DNA from: a virus | Length of the DNA stretch: 64,000 nt | IMG/VR virus record: IMGVR_UViG_3300046004_000818 | Span: 1-64,000 of that record | Direction: 5' to 3' (one strand) | In this document: positions 1 to 8,800 of the stretch, piece after piece | Numbering within the stretch: position 1 is the first letter of the stretch | Layout: each line of letters starts with the position of its first letter | The notes under the pieces: generated by a model | The model's input: only the letters and a program-made list of their open reading frames with translations | Database searches by the model: none | Told to the model about the DNA's origin: nothing | Translations under genes and position numbers: made by a program

Positions 1-134
<134 letters not shown>

Positions 135-178
135 GAGAAACCTTACACCAAACTACTGTATAACACTGTATGAAACCC

Positions 179-262
179 TGTGGATAACCCTGTATAACCT
201 GTGAATACTGTGGATAACTCCCTCAAACTTTTGTGGACAAGCTGTGGACAATTTGTGGTATA
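179..262. promoter_or_regulatory. Cluster of co-oriented DnaA boxes
   Basis: TGTGGATAA (reverse complement of TTATCCACA) at 179-187 and 209-217; near matches TGTGAATAC 200-208, TGTGGACAA 232-240 and 243-251, TGTGGTATA 254-262. Confidence 0.8.
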
Positions 263-359
263 GAAACAACAAACCGCGTATAACGTGCGATCATAGCACG
301 GTCAAGGTGTCACCCTAGGGTAACGCTCCCAGAGCCTCATAGCCCGTCCTATGCCTTCC

Positions 360-406
360 AACCTTACATGAAACTTACGTGAAACTTACGTGAAACTTAC
401 AGTTTC
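360..406. repeat. 11-bp tandem direct repeat (GAAACTTACGT), about 3.5 copies
   Basis: aaccttacatg aaacttacgtg aaacttacgtg aaacttacagtttc. Confidence 0.9.
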
Positions 407-412
407 TGGGGC

Positions 413-427
413 TGGCACGGATCTTGC
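413..427 (+). promoter_or_regulatory. sigma54 (-24/-12) promoter consensus
   Basis: TGGCACGGATCTTGC matches TGGCACG-N4-TTGC with canonical GG-N10-GC spacing. Confidence 0.7.
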
Positions 428-450
428 CGTAGTGGGTACTTACTTAACAT

Positions 451-520
451 GGCACCAATATAGTGCGCTGGATGCACTGGTTTGGTGCATGACGTATGGC
501 CTATGCACCAAGATGGTGCG
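451..520. promoter_or_regulatory. Three NtrC-type palindromic sites
   Basis: GGCACCAATATAGTGCG 451-467, TGCACTGGTTTGGTGCA 473-489 and TGCACCAAGATGGTGCG 504-520 match TGCACCA-N3-TGGTGCA. Confidence 0.7.
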
Positions 521-647
521 CGGCGCGCTGCCCTACCCACCTGACTGCCTCATAACATTTTCCACACTTTCACCTAATACTTCACATATTTTGGCACGAT
601 ACCAAGGCCTAACCTAACCTAACCTATCTTATCAAAACCTATCTACA

Positions 648-774
648 TCTATACACAATTAGATTGTGTATAGAGAACACACCCTTCTCATAATCAATTC
701 CTAATATCTTATGAGACTCCACTCACTCCTATACACAAGCCAAATGTGTATAGAAAACAGCCATTTCTCATAAT
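648..774. repeat. Duplicated unit (80-bp period), each copy with a CTATACACA..TGTGTATAG inverted repeat and a TTCTCATAAT motif
   Basis: 12-bp perfect inverted repeat at 648-674; 9-bp inverted repeat at 729-753; TTCTCATAAT at 685-694 and 765-774. Confidence 0.85.
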
Positions 775-811
775 ATACACCCCGTTACCCGCCCCACGCC
801 CTCAAAAATTA

Positions 812-859
812 AAAAATATCTAATACTTATGAATTTTTTGGCAAAAATATCTAATACTT
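812..859. repeat. AT-rich 17-bp direct repeat AAAAATATCTAATACTT x2
   Basis: Copies at 812-828 and 843-859. Confidence 0.85.
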
Positions 860-929
860 TCTTTAATATGGCACCACTCCAATAGTGAACACCCACTTAT
901 AATCTGGCAAACTCTCATAGAGCCATCAC

Positions 930-1340
930 ATGACCGCTGCACACGAAACATTCACCTTGAATAGCAAGGGCTACCCGGCTAACTGGCCTGACTGCAATCC
1001 GAAGCGCCCAGACACCGTGGTGAGCCGCATTACAGACCAACAAAAGAAGGACTTGTATGAACGGAACATTACTACCAGAGACTTAGCAAAGTTATTTGGT
1101 GTACGGGAGGCCTACCTCTCTTGGCTATTCCCCGGCAAGGGTCCGGGGTTTAGCAAGGCCAAGAAAATGCTCATAAATACCCGTAAAGAGTATCGCTGTA
1201 GGTACGCTGCACAGGTAATAGAAGGCAAAATCAGCATAAAAGACGCTGCCACGGCCTCCAGAATCCCCTACCGGAGCATGGCAAGGGCAGTCCAACTCTT
1301 GAAAAAGCAGGCACAAAATGTCACAACCACCCAAGTTTAA
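930..1340 (+). CDS. Putative HTH DNA-binding protein
   Basis: HTH-like segments TTRDLAKLFGVREAYLS and SIKDAATASRIPYRSM; first gene of the packaging operon. Confidence 0.55.
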   Translation: MTAAHETFTLNSKGYPANWPDCNPKRPDTVVSRITDQQKKDLYERNITTRDLAKLFGVREAYLSWLFPGKGPGFSKAKKMLINTRKEYRCRYAAQVIEGKISIKDAATASRIPYRSMARAVQLLKKQAQNVTTTQV

Positions 1341-1710
1341 TGCAGAAGACTTCCCGACTCTAGCCGAGTCAGGTGGTCAAAACCTTGATGAACAGTACAT
1401 TCCTGAGTTCATTCCCCTCACTTCTACCACCTTAAACCTAGAGTTTGAGCTACTAGAGCAGTATAACAGGGCTAGAAAACTGCTTCATGACGCCCAATAC
1501 GACACCACTATCTCCTTGAACCAGAAGTCAGCAGCCTTGAATAGCGCGACTGCTATCATCGGTGCACTAACTAAGAACCAAGCAGAGCTATATAGCCTTG
1601 AACGCATTAAGAAGATTGAGAACGTACTGATAGAAACCTTGAAACTGTTTCCCGATATGCAGACAGAGTTCATGGCTAAGTATGAAGAAGCGTTAGGGCC
1701 TGAAGTATGA
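1318..1710 (+). CDS. Putative terminase small subunit
   Basis: 130-aa helical protein overlapping the terminase large subunit start (ATGA); positional inference. Confidence 0.5.
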   Translation: MSQPPKFNAEDFPTLAESGGQNLDEQYIPEFIPLTSTTLNLEFELLEQYNRARKLLHDAQYDTTISLNQKSAALNSATAIIGALTKNQAELYSLERIKKIENVLIETLKLFPDMQTEFMAKYEEALGPEV

Positions 1711-3377
1711 TAGCCGAACATCTAAATAGAGTTAAAGAGAGTATAGCCAATGTCTATACTATGGGCAACCTGTCACAATGGATATCTAACAGTACGAAGT
1801 ACGAAGGGAAGAGATTCAGTTATACGGGTCGGGAGTACCAACCTACGATTATTGACGATCCAGCAAAGACCTTGTTAGTTATTAAGTGCGCTCAGGTAGG
1901 GTTATCTGAGATATTCGCACGGTGGGCCTTGGCTTCTGTAGTGACACAAGACAACTTCACTACTATCTATACATTCCCTGCTGCCACAGATGCAGAGTTG
2001 TTCTCTAAAAGCCGCTTGATGCCTATCATAGATAGCTCCAAGGTGGTGAAACATAGCATGAGTCGTATAGTTAACTCAGTAGAACTTAAGCAGTTCGGGG
2101 TTAATAGCTTCCTGTATACGCGGGGTACATACTCAGAGACAGGGGCGCTATCTGTACCTGCTGATTTGATTATCCATGATGAATACGATAGGTCGGACAT
2201 GGCTAATGTGTCAGCTTATGTGTCACGTTTACAAGCTAAACCCACTAAGATGCGTCGGATTTTCAGCACACCGACTGTAGCCAAGTATGGTATTGATGCG
2301 GAATGCCAGACAGCTAGACGCAAAAAGCAGGTGTGGACCTGCTCTCACTGTAAGCATAAATTCCTTCCTAATTACCATGATAATGTCATTATACCGGGGT
2401 ATACAGGTGAGAAGAAGGAGATTAACAAGCACAATCTGGAGAATATCAAGTGGCGAGAAGCCAAACTGCTGTGTCCCAAGTGTGGTCGTGAACCAGAGAT
2501 AAGCATAGAGCACCGCGAGTGGGTTGTGGAGAATAACGAGGCTAAGTTCGATGCTGTTTCTTACAATGTATCACCGTTTTGTGCACCGTCTTTCATTACT
2601 GCGCCCTACCTTGTTAAAGTATCTACAGAGTTCAATAAATGGAGTGAATTTTGCAACCAGGCCCTTGGTGAAACATCTGAAGATGCACAAGATATGCTGG
2701 TTGAGTCGGATGTACGAGCTATGCATAGTCCTAACAGTATGGACTCTAGTGATGTACATTTCATGGGTTGTGATATGGGTCTTACTTGCCATATTATGAT
2801 AGGGCGTAAGGTTGGAGGTAAGTTGATAGTAGTGCATCGTGAGAAGGTGTTCTATACTGACTTTGAAGAGAAGAGGCGTATGCTCTGCTCCAAGTACCGT
2901 GTAGTCACATCAGTTCACGACTTGTTCCCCTACACTGATATTATCACACGGATTACAGGGTTCGACCCTAATGCTTATGGTGCTATTTATGTAGAGAAGA
3001 AGTCTACAGAAAGTCATACTATCAAGGAGCAGGAAGCTAATCCAGAGGAAGGGAAGTTGAATGTTCGCTCTGCTATGGTTAATAGAAACATCGCCCTTGA
3101 TGAGTTGATGGCTGAGATTAAAGCAGGGAGTGTACTTATCCATAACGTAGATGATGAACTGACACAACACCTGCTAGACATGAAGAGAATACAGAAGTTT
3201 ATGAAGGATAATACTATGCGCTATGTATGGGAAAAAACTGATGGTATCGACCACTGGCACCATACACTGCTTTATCTGTATATAGCTACTAAACTCCGAG
3301 CTACTGCTGGTGCATGGACAGCGGCTGGTGCAGTTCCATTCTTGTCGGCCTTTGTTCCAAAACAAAATGTGCAATGA
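1707..3377 (+). CDS. Terminase large subunit (GpA-like)
   Basis: KCAQVGLSE Walker A variant, IIHDEYD Walker B, FSTPT motif, CxxC pairs, GCDMG nuclease motif, C-terminal DHWHH. Confidence 0.9.
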   Translation: MIAEHLNRVKESIANVYTMGNLSQWISNSTKYEGKRFSYTGREYQPTIIDDPAKTLLVIKCAQVGLSEIFARWALASVVTQDNFTTIYTFPAATDAELFSKSRLMPIIDSSKVVKHSMSRIVNSVELKQFGVNSFLYTRGTYSETGALSVPADLIIHDEYDRSDMANVSAYVSRLQAKPTKMRRIFSTPTVAKYGIDAECQTARRKKQVWTCSHCKHKFLPNYHDNVIIPGYTGEKKEINKHNLENIKWREAKLLCPKCGREPEISIEHREWVVENNEAKFDAVSYNVSPFCAPSFITAPYLVKVSTEFNKWSEFCNQALGETSEDAQDMLVESDVRAMHSPNSMDSSDVHFMGCDMGLTCHIMIGRKVGGKLIVVHREKVFYTDFEEKRRMLCSKYRVVTSVHDLFPYTDIITRITGFDPNAYGAIYVEKKSTESHTIKEQEANPEEGKLNVRSAMVNRNIALDELMAEIKAGSVLIHNVDDELTQHLLDMKRIQKFMKDNTMRYVWEKTDGIDHWHHTLLYLYIATKLRATAGAWTAAGAVPFLSAFVPKQNVQ

Positions 3378-3403
3378 GTGTGGTTTAGGTGTATAATTCT
3401 TCC

Positions 3404-3565
3404 ATGAAAATACCTAAACCACCTTCTGAACGAATGAATCTCCATGTATCTGTGGAGGTTGCTGCACAGTTGAGGCAGTTAAGCGCCTTAACTGGTATCA
3501 GCATTACCAGACTTGTACACAATGCCTTGGCTGCCTATCTGAAGGAGCAGAAACATGGAGATTAA
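3404..3565 (+). CDS. Ribbon-helix-helix protein, 53 aa (not in the ORF track)
   Basis: Manual translation MKIPKPPSERMNLHVSVEVAAQLRQLSALTGISITRLVHNALAAYLKEQKHGD; beta-strand plus two helices pattern; TATAAT at 3392-3397; overlaps the HNH start. Confidence 0.75.
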   Translation: MKIPKPPSERMNLHVSVEVAAQLRQLSALTGISITRLVHNALAAYLKEQKHGD

Positions 3566-4064
3566 GGTTATTACCCAAGAAGTTTTATTGGAAATGTTTA
3601 CATATCTAGAAGGTGACCTGATATACAGAATCAGGCCTGCCCGTAATGTCCAAATAGGGACAATTGCTGGTTGTCCAGATAACGCAGGTTATAGAATTAT
3701 ACGTATAGCAGGTAAAGCTTATAAGGCTCACCGCCTAGTGTGGTTGTACCATACAGGTAATTGGCCTGCTGAAGGGTTTGAGTTAGATCACATAGATGAG
3801 GATAAGGCCAATAACCGTATAGATAATCTAAGAGAAGCGACCAGTGCTAAGAATAAGCTCAATGTGAGTCTGCAAACTAATAACAAATCAGGTCACAAAG
3901 GTGTACACCTGAATAGGTTGGGCACCTACTCTGCCAGTGCTAAGCTACACGGTAAGCATCATTGGTTGGGTAGTTACCCCACAGCAGAAGAGGCATCTGC
4001 AGCTTATCAAGCATTTGCTAAAGCTAATCACGGAGAATTTTACCGCGCCCCGGCTATAGTATGA
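3555..4064 (+). CDS. HNH homing endonuclease with C-terminal AP2-like domain
   Basis: YKAHRLVW..LDHIDEDKANNRIDNLR; NNKSGHKGV..WLGSYPTAEEASAAY. Confidence 0.92.
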   Translation: MEIKVITQEVLLEMFTYLEGDLIYRIRPARNVQIGTIAGCPDNAGYRIIRIAGKAYKAHRLVWLYHTGNWPAEGFELDHIDEDKANNRIDNLREATSAKNKLNVSLQTNNKSGHKGVHLNRLGTYSASAKLHGKHHWLGSYPTAEEASAAYQAFAKANHGEFYRAPAIV

Positions 4065-4100
4065 TAAACTTCGACGCATTGCGTCGAAGGAATTACTACT

Positions 4101-5570
4101 ATGAGCTTTCTAACTAAATGGTTAGGCCTTGAAGCAGAGGCTGCTACCCTCCCTCCTGTACCCTTGCCAAAGGCTCCTACAGGGGCACAGGCTGAACCTG
4201 CACACCGCACGGTAGTAGGTGGAGCTACTGCACGGTTACAGCAACCTGACAGGGCACCTCTTACTACCAATAGACTTGATGTACGGAATGCTAGCAATAC
4301 TGCTGCTGCTATCCGTACCCTGACTTACACCTCTCCTGAGATTGGTGCAGCGATCTATGCTAATTTACGTGTAGGTATCCCTGAGAACTTCTCCCTGATT
4401 GCTCGGGATATGGACGGTAAGGTTAACCCTGCTGCTACTGGCATTGCTCAGGAAATCTTGCGTCGGATTACATACCTCGGAAATGTAGATGGTACGTATG
4501 GTTCACAGGATACTATCCAATCTATCTCTGAGAGCTTAGGCAAGCAGTTGTTACAGTATGGTGCTTGTGCTGGCGAGGTAGCCCTTGATAAGGCGCGGGT
4601 TCCTGCTAGTCTGAACCCGATCTCTGTCACTACTATCAAGTGGTATGACGAGGATAAGTCTACACGCCCTGTACAGTTGCTTGGTGGTGTAGAAATTAGC
4701 TTGGATATTCCTACCTTTGTTTATGTCAGTCTGGATCAGGACTTGATGGAAGCTTACTCTAGCTCTCCATTGGAATCTGCTATCCAACCTGTGTTGCAAG
4801 ATATAGAGTTTAATAACGATGTGCGCAGGGCCTTGAAACGTGCAGTTCTTCCGCGCTTGGTTGCCACTATCGACTCAGAAGCTATTAAGAAATCTACGCC
4901 ACCTGACATTCTAAACGATAGCGATAAGTTTGCTGCTTACAAACAGCAGATCATTGGTGCTGTACAGCAGGTAGTTAACGGTGCTAACCCAGAAGATGCT
5001 TTCATCAGCTTCTCCGAGATTAGTTATGCCTATGTTAATGGTGGCCAAGACCCATCAGCTATTATCGAACGTATTCAGAAGGTCTTGAACACGAAGCTGC
5101 AGACAGGGACTAAGACTCTGCCTGTGGTACTTGGCTACGGTGGTGGAGCTAATGCTGCCTCTGCTGAGTCATTGCTGTTCATCAAGTCTGCTAACATGGT
5201 TCGGGTCAAGCTGAATGAGTTCTATAGTCGCATTCTGACTATTGCTACCCGCTTGATGGGTCAGGATTGCTACGTCGAGTTTAAGTATGCTCAAATAGAC
5301 TTACGCCCTGACGCCGAACTAGAAGCTTACAAAGCTATGAAGCAATCTCGTATGCTGGAACTACTGTCTTTCGGCTTGATGACCGACGAAGAAGTAGCCA
5401 TTGAACTGACTGGGAACCTGCCGCCGCAGGGCTACAAGCCCTTGATGGGTACGATGTTCAGGGTAGGGGCCGGTGCATCAGCAGGGGCCGGACAACCCGG
5501 CACAGCGGCTTCTGGCACTTCCAATATGAGTCAGGGAAAGCCTGAAACTCCAGCAGCACCTAAGTCTTGA
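4101..5570 (+). CDS. Portal protein
   Basis: 489 aa, follows the terminase and precedes head genes; positional and size inference. Confidence 0.7.
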   Translation: MSFLTKWLGLEAEAATLPPVPLPKAPTGAQAEPAHRTVVGGATARLQQPDRAPLTTNRLDVRNASNTAAAIRTLTYTSPEIGAAIYANLRVGIPENFSLIARDMDGKVNPAATGIAQEILRRITYLGNVDGTYGSQDTIQSISESLGKQLLQYGACAGEVALDKARVPASLNPISVTTIKWYDEDKSTRPVQLLGGVEISLDIPTFVYVSLDQDLMEAYSSSPLESAIQPVLQDIEFNNDVRRALKRAVLPRLVATIDSEAIKKSTPPDILNDSDKFAAYKQQIIGAVQQVVNGANPEDAFISFSEISYAYVNGGQDPSAIIERIQKVLNTKLQTGTKTLPVVLGYGGGANAASAESLLFIKSANMVRVKLNEFYSRILTIATRLMGQDCYVEFKYAQIDLRPDAELEAYKAMKQSRMLELLSFGLMTDEEVAIELTGNLPPQGYKPLMGTMFRVGAGASAGAGQPGTAASGTSNMSQGKPETPAAPKS

Positions 5571-5630
5571 TAGAAGTTTGACAAATTTACCCACGGCTAT
5601 CTGATATAGTAGCCCAACTGAGGATTTACC

Positions 5631-5894
5631 GTGCCCAATCCAAACTATCAAGCTACCGGGAAAGACTGCCCGATTATGGAGACAGCAGTAGTTGTACCTA
5701 GTGACTCTACTGACATTACTGATCTACCAAGGGCTATCTGGGTTGGTGTAGGTGGTGACGTTACCTTGATGGCTGCTGCTGATCAGACCTCTCGGGTCTT
5801 CAAGAACGTAGCTAGCGGTACTCTGCTACCTATCCGCGCTAGACGTATCTATAACACAGGTACATCTGCTTCTTCAATCATAGCCTGCTATTAG
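5631..5894 (+). CDS. Head spike base protein (RcGTA Rcc01079-like), copy 1
   Basis: VPSDSTDI..LPRAIWVGVGGDVTL..FKNVASGTLLPIRARRIYNTGTSA pattern; GAGG RBS with GTG start. Confidence 0.75.
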   Translation: MPNPNYQATGKDCPIMETAVVVPSDSTDITDLPRAIWVGVGGDVTLMAAADQTSRVFKNVASGTLLPIRARRIYNTGTSASSIIACY

Positions 5895-5895
5895 T

Positions 5896-8800
5896 ATGTT
5901 CGGCGTAGGTCCTACCCTTCACAATACGGGGAAGTCGCCGCAACAGCAGTGCTTGTCCCTGCTTGATAAGTACTGCAAGTCTCCTGCTGGTATCTATGAT
6001 CCGGTTAAGGGGTATATGCAGTTACCTGCTAATCTGGTAACGTGGTCGGGTGATCTAACTGATGCATCCTACACTAAGGTGCAGCTAGTAGCCAGCAAAC
6101 CTACTGACATAGCACCACCTAAGCAAGGTATCACACCTATCAAGCTTACTGCTACAAGTGGGGCTAATGGTAGTTCATGGAGATTCTATAAAGGACCAGC
6201 TACTACTGCTGATACGAACTACACAGCAGCGATTTACTATAAGCCGGGAAGCGGTGCGCCTTACGTACTATTTAACTCAGATAGTAACGGTAGTGAGGGA
6301 GTATTCTTTAACGCCACTACAGGTGCTTACCTAAGCCGAATTGGTACTGCCTACTCTGGCGAGTCACTTGCTGTAGCTAATGGTTGGTACATGTTAGTAG
6401 TGAACTTTAGAGCTACACTTGCAGACTCTAATCACAACATGTTTTGGTGCCTTACTAACAGGACTAATACTGCTGCTAATGGTGCTGACCCCGGTTTTGT
6501 TGGTGGTGAGTATGCTTATTTTGGTGGTTATGGTGTATTTGAGGGTACCCTTACTGCTGCACAGATTCACGCTATGGGTGGCATCCCTTGGACTAGGGAG
6601 ACTGCTAGTGTTGCTTTGACACTTGGCCCTCGGCTAGAGGTTAATGGTGAGTTTGATTCTGACACTGGTTGGACAAAAGGTGCTGGCATTAGCATAGCTA
6701 ATGGCGGCGCAACCTTTAATAACGGTGCTGGTTATCCAAACTTAACACAGAACTATGCTTATACGTCTGGGAAATCGTACCAGTACGATATAACGGTTTC
6801 AGCTTGGTTAGCAGGTGCAGCGGCTGTATTTACAACTAAGACTGGATATACTCCACATCCAAATAAAGTTACAGGTGTTGGAACCTTCAGCGATGTATTT
6901 GTTGCTGATGGCACATATAACCTAATGGGTGTTCAGCATGGAAGTCCCGGTGGTACAAATAGCTACACATTTGACAGTATCTCTGTCCGAGAACTCATCT
7001 CCACACCTTGCCCTCTCTACACCGATGCACACGCCTATATACCGGGCAGTTACTCACTTGTAACTCCTGCAAACTTGCTAAAGTGGAGCAGGGATTTTGC
7101 TAATGGGACTTGGAGTTCTAGCTCAGCCGCGCTATTGAGGACTGCAACTGAACTTGTAGAGATAGCTACTTCTGATTATCACCGTGTAGGTTACTCCTTG
7201 GCAGGGATACCAACTACCCAACGTACATTTGCCTTTGAGGTCAAACCTGCAGGTCGCAACTACGCTAGGGGTTGGAGTTGGGGTGGTGCTGACTCTGGAC
7301 AACAAACATTTACTCTGATAGGTGCTGGTAGTTCTACAGGTTCATTGCCAACAAGTATAGCCAAGCAAGCTGATGGTTGGTATATGTGTACTTTCTCTGT
7401 ACCTCTCAATCAAGCTGGAAATGTAGTCTTTGGACCTTCCGATGGTGTAGTTGGTGGTACTGATGCTTACATGGGTATAGCTGGGTTAGGTCTGTCCTGC
7501 AGAGGTGCAGGTTTATTTGAAGGTAACTATACTGCTGATCAGTTAATAGCTATGGGTGGTATACCTTGGACTAGAGAAACTCCTAACGTATCCCTAAGCT
7601 TGGGTAACAACCTTATTACCAATAGCGAGTTCAAAAACAAAGGTAGCGGTTGGACTATAGCGAATGGTTCTGTTAACTTTGATTCTGGCAAGGCTGTGTT
7701 TGGTGCTAACAGTACACAGTTCTACCAGTACCTATCTACTCTTACTGTCAATAAGCAGTACCAGTTTGATTGGGAGCAAAGCACTGCAGGCTTGATCTAC
7801 ATGAATGTCGGTGGTGGTTGGGTAGTCCCCGCACATACTGGCACCGGACCAAAGTCGTACGTTGCTACTGCTGATGCGGCCTTACAGGTCTATGTGTACC
7901 TTACTACAGGTGGAGTAGCTGGAGACTGGATTGACAACTTGACAGTTAGGGAACTCATCTCCACCCCCTGTCCAATCTACGCACCCACCTCATCTCTAGG
8001 CCTTGCATCTAACAACTTCAATGCCACTATGGGGAATACTGGCTATACGCCAGTCGAAGGCGAAGCCCGACTTGTCTATGATGCACTCAGCAAGGTAGGG
8101 CCAGAGTTAGTACCTAACGTAGGCAAACCGTTCGTTAACACTGCAGGGTGGGCTGGCAATCAGGCCACAATAGCTGTAGTAGGTGGAAAGATACGGGTTA
8201 CTGCTACAGTTGCTAGTGGCGGCTATATCTCTGGATATGTAAACCTCACAGGTCTTACACCCGGAGCGACCTTGCAGGTTACTGGTATGCACACTGCAGG
8301 TACTGCTACTACCAACTATATTGCTACGTATTTGCTTAGTGCTGGTTCTGGTAATGGTGCGTCAACTCCTGTCCTAGCTAGTGGTGCTGCAGGTAGTTAC
8401 TCACAAGTAGTAGATGCCGATGGCTCTATTTGGATCGCAGTTGCTGGAACCTCTACAGGCATTGGCTCCTACTATGACATAGATTTCTTGTCTGTAAAAG
8501 AAATCATAGGTATCCATGCTACCTCTGCTAATGTGTACACACGGCGTGGACTTGTTAATCAGACAACCAATAGCGATGATGTGTCTGGTGGCATATCTCC
8601 TACTGGTCTGACTTTTGTTACTAATTCGGTACATAGCCCACTAACAGGTACTAATACTGCAGATGCGATGAGGGAAACAGTAGATGCTAGCCGACACACA
8701 CTGGTAAACTCAGCAGTGTTAGCTACAGGTACTTATAACACTGTGGCTGTGATTGCCAAACAGGGGGTAGGTACTAGGTGTCTACAGACTGCTAATGGGG

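Noticed and set aside
156-180. LexA box
   Set aside because: CTGTAT half-sites are direct repeats; no CTG-N10-CAG palindrome
531-538. KOPS motif (GGGTAGGG on the minus strand)
   Set aside because: A single short degenerate match is expected by chance
592-607. Second sigma54 promoter at canonical distance from the NtrC sites
   Set aside because: The -24 element TGGCACG is present, but the -12 position reads AG rather than GC
390-617. 75-aa ORF in the left non-coding region
   Set aside because: No RBS or recognisable motif; it runs across repeats and binding-site motifs
763-790. dif-like site: ATTTCTCATAATATACA resembles the XerD arm plus spacer
   Set aside because: The other arm is absent and no recombinase is seen; at most a half-site
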